Part shown: positions 23,006-34,853 of the stretch, one piece after another
How positions within the stretch are numbered: the first letter of the stretch is position 1
Layout of the letters: every line of letters starts with the position of its first letter
Assembly (NCBI GenBank): GCA_964019335.1
Contig: OZ025691.1
Location: 310,001-374,000 of the forward strand
Length of the DNA: 64,000 bases
Direction: 5' to 3'
DNA from: Diplonema japonicum
Lineage: Eukaryota > Protista > Euglenozoa: Diplonemea
Notes under the pieces: model-generated
Seen by the model: only the letters and a program-made list of their open reading frames with translations
Told to the model about the DNA's origin: nothing
Databases searched by the model: none
Translations under genes and position numbers: made by a program

Positions 23006-23278
23006 TTGTGCTTTATCCTCCTCAAAAGAAAAAGTCTGTAATATATCACTCAGTACACCCTCCCCCAAAAAAAAAGAAAATTGAGAAAAAAAGGGAACAC
23101 TCTTCTCTCACCGAGTAGTGCTAGGGTGCACCTAGTCCCTTCCCCTTTCTAGGGCCCTTGTCAGTGCCTACTACCCTGCTCTCAGCTTGCGTGGTATTAT
23201 GCCTGCTCTACTGCCTTATGGTCCCCTGTTTTAGGTACTTCGTGAATTTTCGCTTCCCCCCCCCCCTTTTTTTAATAT

Positions 23279-24691
23279 GGGTCGATTTCAAACCCCCCCC
23301 CCAAAAATGAGGCCAATTGACACTTTCGTTGCATCTTTGGGCATGCCGCCCCCTTTAAAAAAAATTCTCCATATTTCCCGGCCCATATTAGGAAAGAACC
23401 CGGGTCAGAAATCGCTCAAGGGTGCTATTTTGACCTATGAAAAATTCAGTCTTAGGGTCAAAATCGGGTTTTAGTGGTTTTGGTAAAGTCAGAGAGTATG
23501 CTTTCAATAGCAAGAAATAGCGGAACTCACTGCTAGAAGGTGGCTGAAATGATGTTGAGTATTTTTGTAATTTGGTTACTATCCTTTCTCGTTTTTCAAG
23601 TCCGGGAAGGCTATCAGGAACGTCCTCATACTCATCACAAGATTCATAGACTGGGGGCCTTTTCTCTGCCCTGTCTGCATCGAGTTCTTTGATGATGTAC
23701 TTTAGTTCTTTCTAGCTCGTGGACGCGCACGTAGCAAATACACCCTCCGGTGTGCTCCTGAGCTCATATGCGCACCTGTAAAATCCGGAAACTCAAGAAT
23801 CTTCTTTTTGTACGGGCCAAAGACATCAGTAACTACATGCACGGCGCACCGTATCGTATTGGTGATGTTAGCTATTTGTTCCACAGTTTTAATTGTTGTG
23901 GAACGAGGCACCCAAAGCCAAACACGAGAGAGCACACCAAAGTGGCTGTCCCTGTTGTTTTTGCCGTGTTTCTCCCCCAGAAACCACAGGGAAAACGTCC
24001 GATCGGGATATACATAACGAAGACCAAAAAGAACAAAGTAGCAAAATTCCTTTGCACGAAAGTGACGCCCACCGTCAGTCCAGAGTATCCACTCCATTTT
24101 TTTCTTTATTTTTTTCTGTGCCCATGCTACTGTGGAACAAGACTTTTCCAACAGTAAGGCCAGCTGCCCTTATTTCATGTGTGATGTGGTCAAGCCTCAT
24201 GCCTCTGACCAATTGGCGCCGTGTGGTGTCTTGTTGGCTACTAAATCAACCAGAAAATGATAGCAGAAGTGCCGCTAGAAGTTCCCCTTTACACACTACT
24301 TCACAAACTAGTGCAGCACAGTCGTTGCCACTGAGCTTCTCAAAAGCCTCTGTGGCGAGTGTCCTGATCGCCGTGGTGTTCCCATTTACCCTTTCTCGGT
24401 CCGAATACCATTTTTTTTTACCCCTAGCTTCTCAACAGCAAGTTTAAAAGCATCCATTTTTGTCACCCCCTCTTTTACTGAATTTGTGCAAAGTGAAAAA
24501 ACCCATTTTTGCCCCTAGGACTGAATTTTCTGGGTACTAGTAACACTCACTTTCCCATTTTCTGGGGTGTTTTCTTTCCTAACCTGGGCCGGGAAAGTTG
24601 TAGAATTTTTTTTCTTTGGGAAAAAGTACTTAGAGAAATATTGAAAGTGTCAATTGGCCTCATTTTGGGGGGGGGGTTTTGAAACGATGCC
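23279..24691 (-). mobile_element. Degenerate DNA transposon, Sola-like, with ~200-bp imperfect TIRs and a possible ATAT target-site duplication
   Basis: 23279-~23475 is an inverted copy of ~24498-24691 (shared TTTCAAA-C(n)-AAAATGAGGCCAATTGACACTTTC, TTTCCCGGCCCA.TTAGGAAAGAA, GAAAATTCAGTC.TAGGG). ATAT lies at 23275-23278 and 24692-24695. Confidence 0.82.
23702..24151 (-). pseudogene. Transposase catalytic-core remnant
   Basis: WTDGGRHFR...WFLGEKHGKNNRDSHFG fits the (S/T)D...HGK..D pattern of Sola-type DDD transposases. The upstream coding-like frame (to ~24420) has a stop and is out of frame with this ORF. Confidence 0.72.
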
Positions 24692-25418
24692 ATATATATG
24701 TTGTTGTGCACTAAGTGAATTGCTCCTTCATTTCTTTTTTTTTTTTCCAAGGCGTCCTACCACATACCGCAGGTATCCTTTTTAAATGTCTCTTTTTTTT
24801 CTTTTTTTTTTTTCTTCCTCCCATTGCCCACTTTGTTAAACGGTTCGGTAGGTTTAAGTTTTTTTTTTTTTTGTTTCTGTATTCTGTTTTCTGCGAAAAA
24901 AAAAGGGGAGGGGGGATAAGAAGTTATTTAAAAAAAAAAGAAAACTGGGTTTTTTTTTTCTTTTTCATTTTTTTATTTTGGCAAATCCTTGAGAACAGGG
25001 GAGGAGATGTGTTAGCATTGAACAAATAATAATTGCTCTCCCACGCAAAACTGATTGCTAGGATTAAAAAAAAAAAAAAAATAATAATAATAAAAGAAAG
25101 AAAATAATGGGAGCACCTTTTTCTTTTCAGCATTTTTTTTTTTTTTTTTTTTTTGCATGAACAAGAAAAAACAATATATTGACCATGAATTGTTAGTGCT
25201 AAAAAAAAAAGAGTAGTGGTAACATTGCTGGGCTTATCCTTCTACAAGTTACCCCCCCCCCCGGCTGTGTCTTTGGTGCACAAACAACAATCAACCGGAC
25301 TCTTTTAATATTGTCCTCCTCTTCTTATGCTCTCCCCTCCAATTTTTTGTTTTTGCCGATTCCGACACTTAAACAAACAAACAACAAAAAGGTTTATTTA
25401 TCTTTTTAAAAAAAAAAA

Positions 25419-25850
25419 ATGGTTCACATTGTTAAGAAGAAGGTTAACAAGTTCAAGAGGCACCACTCTGACAGGCACTGCAGGGTTGGTGAGTCATGGA
25501 GGAGGCCTAAGGGTATTGACTCCGTCGTCAGAAGGAAGTGGAGGGGTCAGATCAAGATGGCCAACATTGGTTACGGAAATGCCAAGTCCACACGTAACGT
25601 TCACCCTGACGGTCTCAAGCACTTCAACATCAACTGCGAGAAGGTATAAAATACAAAAAAAAAAAAAAAAATCATTACCATAAAACAGGACCTGGAGCTC
25701 CTCCTCATGCGCAACACCACCCACGCGGCTGTGATCGGCTCGGCCGTCGGCAAGAAGACCCGCGCTGCCATTGTGAACCGTGCGAGAGAGCTTGACATCA
25801 AAGTCGTGAACGGCGCTGCCAAGCTCCGCAAGGAGGAGGACTCCGAGTAA
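25419..25850 (+). CDS. RPL32: 60S ribosomal protein L32; exons 25419-25643, 25689-25850
   Basis: [26 protein letters not shown]; after the 45-nt intron, DLELLLM..IV.RA.ELDIKV.N.AKLR.EE. Confidence 0.97.
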
Positions 25851-25953
25851 AAGAATTTTCCATCATAAAAAGATTTTTTTTTGTTTTTTTTTTTCCTTTT
25901 TGTTGCTAGTTAATAACGACAATACCACCACAGGGGGGGGGGGGGGCGGCGGC

Positions 25954-28290
25954 ATGGAAACAGGACGGAATAGCGTGGGCAGACACCCCAGCGTGGGGAG
26001 GGAAAAAGAACTCATTGGGAACCTCCTCCACGAGAGCCCCGCAGTAACCCCCATGATGGCGGACCAAGACCCGCAGTGCAGTATCATAGACCTCGACTCG
26101 GGGCTGGGAATGGACATACTGAGGCCGAAAACTGCACCGCCAGCTCCTTCTCCGATGGTGACGACGGATGCGGAGTGGTACCAGCAGGAGCCACAGCAGG
26201 TTATCCAGCAGCAGCAGTACCTTATTGAGCAGCAGAAGCAGTTGTTGCAGCGCCAGCAGATGGTTATCATGCAGCAGGGGAACAACGGTGTTCCACAGCA
26301 GGTGCCGCAGCAGGTGCCGCAGCAGCCACACCCTGATATGGTGAATCAGCATAACCAGCAGCAGCCTCTCCATCCTATGCAGCCGCAGCAACAGCAGCAG
26401 GTTCCGCTTCAGCAGCAGCACCAAGCGAAGCCTTCTCCCCAGCAGCCACCCCTACACCCGACTCAGCAGCCGACGGTGCCTGGTGTGGGGCCGTCACTCA
26501 TTACGAGCCCTCCGACGCATCACCATCATCTCCACCACCCTCCGCACCCGCATGCGCTGCAGCACCACCGACACCACCCACAGCACCCTCTATCCCAGCA
26601 GCAGCCGCCACAACAGCAGCAGCAACAACCACAGCAACAACAGCAACCACCGCAACAGCAACAACAACAAGCTCCACAGCAGCAACAGCAGCCATTGCCG
26701 CAGCAACAGCAGCAGCAGCAGCAGCATCACGATGCCTACGATATGGAACGGCGTCCGCACCACCCCCACCAACACCCCCACCAACACCAACAGCAACAGC
26801 ACCAATCCCAACACCACCATCACCATCACCACCACCACCATCACCATCACCAGCATCACCACCAGCATCACCACCATGATGATAGAGACGAAGAGCATGA
26901 GCACGGTCACCAGCGCCGGCGACGAGACCCCGCGCCACCGCAGTCGGCTCTTATGGAGGAGTTCAGGCTGCACAACAGGCAAAGCGGGCCCCGCAAATGG
27001 GACTGCCATAGCATAAGGGGGCATATTGTAGAGTTTGCGAAAGACCAGGACGGGTCAAGGATGATCCAGCGCAGGCTGGAGAGCCCTTCGCAGGGGGAGC
27101 TGACAGCGGTGTACTCAGAGCTGCGTCCGGAGGCTCTTCCGCTGATGACGGACGTGTTCGGGAACTACGTGATCCAAAAGATCCTTGAGCACGGCAACGA
27201 GGAGCACAAGCAGGGCCTTGTGCAGGAGATGAACGGCAGTGTCGTGAAGCTGACTCTGCAGGTATACCACCCTCTTACCAACGCAACAATACTTTCAGAC
27301 ATATGGGTGCCGGGTGATCCAGAAATCACTCGAGACTTGCCCCTTGCAGCTGCAGCTCGTGGTGGTGCAGGAGCTGGACGGCCATGTCCCACAGTGCGTG
27401 CGGGATCAGAACGGTACGCCCCCACAACTTTCTTTTATATCTTTTTTTTTTTTTTTTTTTTTTTTTGCCAGGCAACCACGTAATCCAAAAGTGCATCGAG
27501 TGCATGCCCAACAACGTAGAGTTCATTTTGAGGGCTTTCTTGGGACAGGTATTTTTTTTTCTTTTTTTTTCAAACAGTGAGCACCCCCATGCACACTGAA
27601 ATTTTATCGAGTTTTTTTTTTTTCCCCGAGGAGGAAGAAAAAAAAAATAATAATAAAGGTAAAACAACTCGCCACCCACGCCTATGGGTGCAGGGTCATG
27701 CAAAGGATCCTGGAGTACTGCAGGGCGAACCCTCACAGCGTGCTGGCAACGCAGTGCAAGCCTGTGATGAATGAGGTAGAGAAAGAAAAAAAAAAAAGAA
27801 AAAAAAATCGAAGATTGTGAATTTGATCAATGTGTTGATTGACGACCAGTATGGGAACTATGTCCTGCAGCATGTGATGCTTACGGGTGACCAGGAGTTT
27901 GCGCTCAGGATCGTGTCTAAGGTGAGGAACCAGTTTTATTTTTTGAGCACAAAGAAGTTCGCTTCCAACGTGGTCGAAAAGATGTTTGAAATAGCCGCGC
28001 CTCACGACCGCACCCTTGTGGTGAAGGAATTGTTGGAGAGAAAGGCAAACGATGGGCATAGTGAGCTTTTTAGTTTGATGAAAGACCAATACGCGAATTA
28101 TGTTGCACAAAAGGTGTGAGGGGAAAGAAAAAAAAAAAAAATGCAGATAATTGACCTCTCTGATGAGACAACCCAGCGTACCATCGTTGAACACATTAAG
28201 CCCCACCTTCACCTTCTTCGCCGGTACACTTATGGAAAACACATTATTTCACGTGTAGAGAAATTGTCCAACCACAGAAACAGAAGATGA
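25954..28290 (+). CDS. Pumilio/PUF RNA-binding protein with Gln/His-rich N-terminus; exons 25954-27261, 27299-27413, 27472-27548, 27659-27775, 27814-28113, 28147-28290
   Basis: PUF repeats [77 protein letters not shown], and the terminal YTYGKHII. Confidence 0.95.
27575..27611. repeat. 37-nt dispersed hairpin repeat, copy 2, inside PUF intron 27549-27658
   Basis: CAGTGAGCACCCCCATGCACACTGAAATTTTATCGAG. Confidence 0.9.
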
Positions 28291-29178
28291 GAAAAAAAAA
28301 AAGAAAAAAAAATGGAAAAAAGAAATCCCTGTCCCCTCCCACCCCTTTGTGATATAAAATGAAATTTCCTCCCCCCCCCTTCCTTACCCTCGTTCAAAAA
28401 AAGAAGAAGAATAAAAAAAGAAAGTGTACCTTTTTTTTTTACCATGCGACAAGGAGGGGGTGGGAAAGAAGAATAAAAAGAAAGGAGGGTTATAAAAAAA
28501 AAGAAAGAAAGGGAGGGGAAAGGAAAATTATGGGGTTTTTTTTTTTGGGTTGGTCTTTTTTTTTTTTTTTTGAAAGGGGGAAAGAATTTTTAGCGATTCT
28601 ATTTTCTGCAAAGGAAAAAAAAAAAAAAAAAGGGAAAGGAAAATAGAACTAGTGGGACCCATTGATCTCAGGGGAATATGATAAAGAAGAAGGGAGGGAA
28701 ATTAAAAAAAGAAAATAAAAAATTCTTCTTTTTTTTTTTGACAGTGAGGGGCGACAGTGCACAGAGGAAAGGCAAGGGGTAGACCAGGTGACTGGATGGG
28801 TCTAGTTATGTATGGGAGAGCGCCTAACTTCACAGTTTTAACCTATTGAGTCTTCTGAGGTGGGACACCTTACTTCTCCTAAGTTGGTTAGTTCGATTTT
28901 TTTTTTTTTGGAAGGTTCTTTTTTTAGTTCTTTTCTCCACACATCCTTTCAGAATTGTTAAGTGTCGAGGGGGGGAGAGAAAAAAAAGAAAAAGCCCTTG
29001 AAAGTGTTTCTTTTTATAAACAGTGAGCCGACCCACCTCCCCCTCTTGCTCATCTGTTATCGAAAAAAAAAAAAAAAAAGAATATTTTTTGTTACATAGG
29101 TTTTAAAAAAGAAAAGAAACGGGAGAAAGAAAACCATTGCTGGAAGAAAAAGAAAAAGAAATTTACACCAGGGGAAGC

Positions 29179-29213
<35 letters not shown>

Positions 29214-29733
29214 AAAAAGAAAAAAGAAATAAAGAGTGGGCGCAAAGTTATATAGCTGGTGATAAGAAATTACTTTCGGATACAACAAAGGAGTACACAC
29301 CAGGTATGGAGTGTTTTGATTCTACTTTTCTTTTCTTTTTTTTTTTTTTTTTTTTTTTTGGCTATTGTCATATAGAAATGCTTCCCCCCTCCCCCACCCC
29401 TTCGAAGAAACGCGGTCAAGGTCCAAAGAAATAAGGATCTTCTAGTCTTTTCTTTTCCGTCCCCCTCTCCCCCTTTCCTTTTTTTTTTTTTTTTTTGCAC
29501 AAACACACGATTTCTCTTTCTGCACACCCCCCCCATTTTTGTTCCATTGTCCCCATTATCCCGTCCTATGTTGTTCTCCCCTCCCCCTCCTCAAAAAAAA
29601 GAAATTAGGATGTTTTTTTTTTTTACTTTCTTTCCCCCCCCCTCTTTTTTCTTGTATCTCGCTTCATATCTTTTTCTTTTTTTTTTTAAATACTGTTAAA
29701 ATCACAATTGACTTTTAAAAAAAAGAAAAGAAA

Positions 29734-31431
29734 ATGCTAGCCCCAAAATGGCAAGGAAATTGGGTCAGCCACTCAGAGTTCACCACAAATGAAGAAATTC
29801 TTGGTACCTTGAAAAGGGACATAATTAGAGACAGCAGAGAACGTATCTCTCGTTGGGTGGTGAAGGAGAAAGAAGCACTGAACGTCTTTGAAATCCAGCT
29901 CGAAAAGGGGAAAAACACCGTGCGGATGAGGTTCTTCCTGGACAATACCGAAAAACACGCAATAGCACACGATGCCTCAGATGAATGGGAATGGAGGGAG
30001 GTGCTTCCTTTCATAGGCGACAACGTGTACCTTTTATGCAAAAAAACCCACTGCACAAACCCTGATAGCTTCCCTCACATCCATCGAAACCAAACGTCGC
30101 CCGACAACAGCTTATTCTGGAACGCTTCAGAATTCACCGCCCTATCACTTTCAAAACAATTCACAGATGTAAATTGCGTAACAGAAGCCATCAAGAACAG
30201 AGTGTACTGGAGCTCAATGGGATGGGCGTTATCTTACTCCTCGTTGGTTCAGAAGCAGAGGCCTTGCCTGAAAGGTGGTGTTTGCACCATGACACATTTA
30301 TTTTCCCATCGAAGAATTTTCACGCATCCCGAGCACCGTGACGATCCCCGGTTGTGTAGGTTTGGGATGAGGTGTACTAATCTTGACTCACCCGCTCACC
30401 TTAGAGATTACTGCCACTCCGGAAAAAAATCAGACCAACGACCACAGGACATTAGGGACAGGCTGAACGTCATGGTGGCCATCCACTCGATGTCCGCAGC
30501 AAGGCAGAAACGATATTACACAGAATACGGTGAAGAAGTTTCAATCAGAGACGGTGTTACAAAGGTGCACAACGTGTCGGGGTACATGTTGCATGGCTCG
30601 CAGGAGGCAGCCAATAACGACGCGCCTCCTACTGTTATATCACTAACCCCCTGTGATACTGTAACCACCGCCGTTCGTCTTAAGGAAAACCACCCCTCCG
30701 AAAAGATCTTGGTTTTGAACTTTGCTAACGCGGTGAACCCTGGGGGAGGGTACCGAAGGGGGCGTGTCGCGCAGGAGGAGGAGATCTTTCGGCGAACGAA
30801 TGCATCTATGCTTCTCGACCCGGAGGCGAACCCAGACCTTGAGGACCACTATCCTCTTGAAGACGATCACATCCCTGTCACCGAGAACCTGTCTGTTCTA
30901 CGCGAAGGCAGCGAGAATGGGTACAAAATGCTCCCTCAACCTGTGGAGATAGATCTGATCTCCGTAGCGGCTTACAATGCTAGAGACGAATCCCGTTTCA
31001 GGGTTTTGAATTCTGATGGGTCGTTTACTCACAAAGCTCGTTGTAAGACTTCTGCAAAGATTTGCAGCTTACTGTGTTTGTCAAGGGATCTTGGGTATAA
31101 AAGGCTGGTTCTTGGTGCGTTTGGCTGCGGGGCGTTCGGGAACCCTGCAGGGGAGGTCGCCGAGATCTTCCGGGAGCTCTTGCTTGGCCCGCTCGTCAAC
31201 GTCTTCTCTTCGGTGGTATTCGCCATCCTCGACTCCACCTCCACCTCTAACTTGAAGATTTTTTCCGAAGCATTTGGGGTTACCCCGACAACCCCGCCAA
31301 CCGAGCACAGCTTCATCCCTGTTCAACCATGCTTCAGAGGCGGCCCGGGTTCCTTTCCTACCCACGTCTCGCCTTCCGAGCTTCAGAAAATCCCGCACCT
31401 CGACAACGTAGCCGTTAGGTGTTACAAATAA
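29734..31431 (+). CDS. Bacterial-type poly(ADP-ribose) glycohydrolase (DUF2263/TIGR02452-like macrodomain) with PBZ-like zinc fingers
   Basis: VLNFANAVNPGGG..AQEEEIFRRT and LVLGAFGCGAFGNP..VA.IF. Upstream are CLKGGVC..H..FTHP and CRFGMRC..PAHLRDYCH. Confidence 0.85.
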   Translation: MLAPKWQGNWVSHSEFTTNEEILGTLKRDIIRDSRERISRWVVKEKEALNVFEIQLEKGKNTVRMRFFLDNTEKHAIAHDASDEWEWREVLPFIGDNVYLLCKKTHCTNPDSFPHIHRNQTSPDNSLFWNASEFTALSLSKQFTDVNCVTEAIKNRVYWSSMGWALSYSSLVQKQRPCLKGGVCTMTHLFSHRRIFTHPEHRDDPRLCRFGMRCTNLDSPAHLRDYCHSGKKSDQRPQDIRDRLNVMVAIHSMSAARQKRYYTEYGEEVSIRDGVTKVHNVSGYMLHGSQEAANNDAPPTVISLTPCDTVTTAVRLKENHPSEKILVLNFANAVNPGGGYRRGRVAQEEEIFRRTNASMLLDPEANPDLEDHYPLEDDHIPVTENLSVLREGSENGYKMLPQPVEIDLISVAAYNARDESRFRVLNSDGSFTHKARCKTSAKICSLLCLSRDLGYKRLVLGAFGCGAFGNPAGEVAEIFRELLLGPLVNVFSSVVFAILDSTSTSNLKIFSEAFGVTPTTPPTEHSFIPVQPCFRGGPGSFPTHVSPSELQKIPHLDNVAVRCYK

Positions 31432-31563
31432 ACACGTTTTTTTTTTTTTTTTTTTTTTTTTAAATTCTCAGTCTTATGTTTTATCAAAGGAGGGGGGGGG
31501 GGGGGGGAGGGCGCGGAGGAGGGGGAGGAATAAAAAATTTAAAAAAGAGGGGGGGGGGGAAAA

Positions 31564-33517
31564 ATGCCACCCCAAGAGAACGTGGTAGTGATCGATGCAG
31601 GGCACCTCGGAGTGTTCGTCGTCAAAGGTATACAAACAAAACAAAACCCCCCCCCCTCCAAAAAAGATTTAACTGATCGAAATTTTCACGTAAAACTGTT
31701 GTGCAGAAGGTCGACGAAAATGTACGGGATCCTAGACGGGATGGGCGTGGACATGACACTGGTGACCCTCCACGAAGGGGTGGCAACGGACCATAATGCG
31801 ATACAAAACATAGTAGAGATCACCCCCACGGACCGTGTTGTGTACATCGGGTCCTCAGCCGCCGATAGCGAATATTGCAACCAAATCAGCCATGTAGTGG
31901 ACTCCGCTGTGCGCTGCGGCGTGAAACAGTTGATATTAATGTCAGCCACAGGCACCTCCCGGCCATGGTCTCTCAAGGCCCTTATGGCAAATTCCACCAA
32001 CCTGAAACTCGGCTGGCAACGACGAGGAGAAGACTCAGTTCGCGCCTCGGGCCTCGACTATGTCATCCTTAAGGCAGGGCTTGTCTCCAAAACCACCAAA
32101 GAGGGTCGGTCTGGGATCAAACTCAGGCAAGGAGATGTTTTTGGTACATCTGGAGCGTTGAAACCAGGTCTTCACCCTTCCGCTGCTGCTGCTTTGTGCG
32201 CGGCTTGCACAACTATGAAGGGAAGAAAGGTCACGTTAGAGGTAAAGGGTGATAAAGATCAACCTCCTTGCACTGATCCAGACCATGATTGGGGCGCGTC
32301 TTTTGGGGCACTTTTGGATGATTCACGATGGACCCCTCCTGATTTGGTATTTAAAAAAAAAAAAAAAAAAATAGCTATTTACTGCCAACAAGTAATGACT
32401 TTACCGTTACCTCGAGGTTCCGCATTTTACCGTCGAGGGCCCGCAGGGCCCGAGATGGTAAAATGCGGAACCGAGAGGTCGGTAAAGCATTACTTGGCGG
32501 TAGGTAAGTGGTTTTATTTCACGACACTCAGAAATTACTTCACCACGAGGGGCACAACAGGGTGACAAGGGGTACAACAAGAGAGGGGTTACAAAGGTTA
32601 CAATACAAGTTGTTTTTCCTCCTTTTGTTGACTAAGAGCTGCCGCTGTCGCTGGCATTGCCACTGTCACCATCTCTAATCAGGCCTTCCCATACCTAGCG
32701 CGGCCGCTGGCTCCTTTTTTTCTGCTGCTTCGGTATTTGAAGTCTTTTGGGGTGCTTGGGTAAGCTGACTAAGTTACCCTTACCCACAGAAGAGTTACCC
32801 ACAGAAACTGGGAACAAGGCCTAGCCAAAAGTGGGCAAATTGGGAGGAAAAAGTAGTCCAACTTGGAACTGAGCCGAGGCAAAAGTTGGCCAATTGAGCT
32901 GAACCTGGGGGGAAATAGCAAACTGAGAGGAAAAAGTAGCCCCACTGGGAACCGAACCGAGGCAAAAATTGGCCTACCGAGGCATATTATTTAACGGAAA
33001 CCCCCTATTACTTCACGGAAAACAGGCCATTATTTCACCGTGATGTAATGAGATTTAGCGTGAAGTAATGGGCCCCCCAGTGCGTGAAGTAATTTCTGAA
33101 GAGTGAAATAAAAAAAAAAAAAACTAGGATACTCTTGTAGCGCACGATCGGGCTGTTTTGTGTTGCTCCATACTGTTTGTTATCACACCGTTGCTTGTTT
33201 GCTTTGTTGTGTGGCTTGCCATTTGCGTAATATATGATGAGACGGTAGAGCCTGGAACCGACTCTCATAAATCCTTCTCTGCCTTCCTCACGCTCTTTGT
33301 CGGCTGCTGCTCGTCCTTCTCGATGCTGTTCTACTGGCGGAAAACAATTTTCCGTGGCTGCTGTTGCTGCATACCGCTCGACTATAGCACCACAGGACGG
33401 CGGGCAGCCTCTACCCCTCATATTCGTGAAGCCGAACTCCCTGAAGATCCCACGTTCCGGCCATTGCTAGCTGCTGGTAGTGACGATGATGAAGAGGGTG
33501 CCATTCAGGCGTGTTGA
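31564..33517 (+). CDS. NAD(P)-binding Rossmann-fold protein (atypical SDR/NmrA-like) with C-terminal TM helices; exons 31564-31627, 31667-32346, 33128-33517
   Basis: VVVIDAGHLG.FVVK|DL.....VKLLCR, VDSAVRCGVKQLILMS and GEDSVRASGLDYVILKAG. Joining donor 32347 to the acceptor ending 33127 brings the otherwise ATG-less ORF 33158-33517 into frame. A short-intron alternative (acceptor 32374) cannot be excluded. Confidence 0.75.
32372..33113. mobile_element. Non-coding foldback element (Crypton-like or MITE-like) inside an intron
   Basis: ~130-nt imperfect palindrome at 32376-32506, inverted repeat 32512-32543 / 33084-33113, and an internal ~57-nt direct repeat (32835-32891 / 32918-32974). Confidence 0.65.
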
Positions 33518-34287
33518 TGCTAGTGACATTTTTTTTTTTTTTTTGTTGCTTCGAGTGATTGTGTTTTTTTTGCATGCTTTGGAAGGATTAAAGAGGGGGG
33601 AAAAAAAAAGGAAAAAAAAAGAGGGGAAAAACCCAAACAGATTATTTTTCAAAAAAAAAAAAAAAAAAAAAAAAAAAGAAAAAAAAGTCTCAGTGACTAC
33701 CAACTTGAACTTGGGCGATAGAGGGCAGGGAGAGAGAGAAGAGAACGGAAAAAAAAAAAAAAAAATCTCTTTTTTTTTTTATCCCGCCCGCAACATTTCA
33801 AGGTTCTTCTCCCTTTTTCCTTCCCCCCCCCCCCTTTGTTTTCTTCTTTTTTTTCTTTCTGTATCCCAGAAAATGGAGAAACAAAACTGTTATTGTTGTT
33901 ATTTGTGTGTCTGTCAGTGTAACATGAGCCCTGGCTTTTTAAGGTTCCATGGCTCCAGCAAAACCTGAGAGGGCTTGTATGTAGTGCACTGTGAAGCGCC
34001 CCCCTTTTTTTTTTGGGTCTGTTGACACTGCGTGTATAGGTGTGTTACGGTATATGGAGGGGAGGTTGAAGAAAAAAAAAAAAAAAGAAGAAAAGATCAT
34101 TTCTTTCTTTTCCGGCTACGTTTATTTATTTATTTATTTTTTGTATCTCTCTTTTTTTTTTCTTTTTTCTTCTCTTCTTCTTCTTTTATGGATTCCGTTT
34201 GAAGGGAAGCAATTCAGATAGACACAGGGGCCGTTTTTCACTGAATACGAAGCCCATAGAAAAAAAGAGTTCGAAAAGCAACAGAGG

Positions 34288-34323
<36 letters not shown>

Positions 34324-34734
34324 ATGACAGCCGAGGAGCTAGATGCAGAGGAGGCCATAGCGCAGATAGACGAATTACTAGGAACGAATCCAAAGAAGCT
34401 CAGGGAGACCTTGCAGGACAGAGGAGTGTTTGTGTCAATATGCGATAAAGGGTGGGAGGCAGCGGGAAAGGCAATACGGCATGCAGAGGACCTGGCAACA
34501 GCGCTGACAGAGGTGGCCCTCCAGACCAAGACGCCCGCTGTGACTCTTGAAGAAGCAGAGGAGATGTTCATCCCGGACTTGACACTGCCAGAATTTTACC
34601 ATTTATCGCGGGAATACTTCACGTCCCTGTGTTCGTCCCTAGACTACGACGACGATTGGCAAGGCATGCTGACCGAAGAGCTCAAGAAACAACAGTTGGA
34701 AGATGAAGAAGCCGGAGAACAACAAGAAGCGTGA
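34324..34734 (+). CDS. Acidic hypothetical protein (136 aa)
   Basis: Clean ORF after an A-run, with coding-like composition. Confidence 0.7.
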   Translation: MTAEELDAEEAIAQIDELLGTNPKKLRETLQDRGVFVSICDKGWEAAGKAIRHAEDLATALTEVALQTKTPAVTLEEAEEMFIPDLTLPEFYHLSREYFTSLCSSLDYDDDWQGMLTEELKKQQLEDEEAGEQQEA

Positions 34735-34853
34735 GACTTCCCCCCCCCCCCCCCCCCCCCCCCCCCTTCTATGTTTCACTCAATTTTTTGAAAAATCTTT
34801 TTCCCTTGGATTCCTTTGGGAAAAAAAAAAAAAAAAAAGGACAAAAAAAAAAA

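Noticed and set aside
28790-28826. GGGTCTAGT...GAGAGCGCCT, reminiscent of the trypanosomatid ingi/L1Tc 77-bp signature (HDV-like ribozyme)
   Set aside because: Only two short words match from memory, and I could not build the HDV pseudoknot.
32835-32974. Direct repeats considered as a CRISPR-like array
   Set aside because: Only two imperfect units, eukaryotic context and no cas genes.
33040-33110. C/D snoRNA-like boxes (GTGATGT...CTGA) and a hammerhead-like CTGAAGAGTGAAA
   Set aside because: Box C is imperfect, there is no stem II, and the region is better explained as the inverted repeat of the intronic element.
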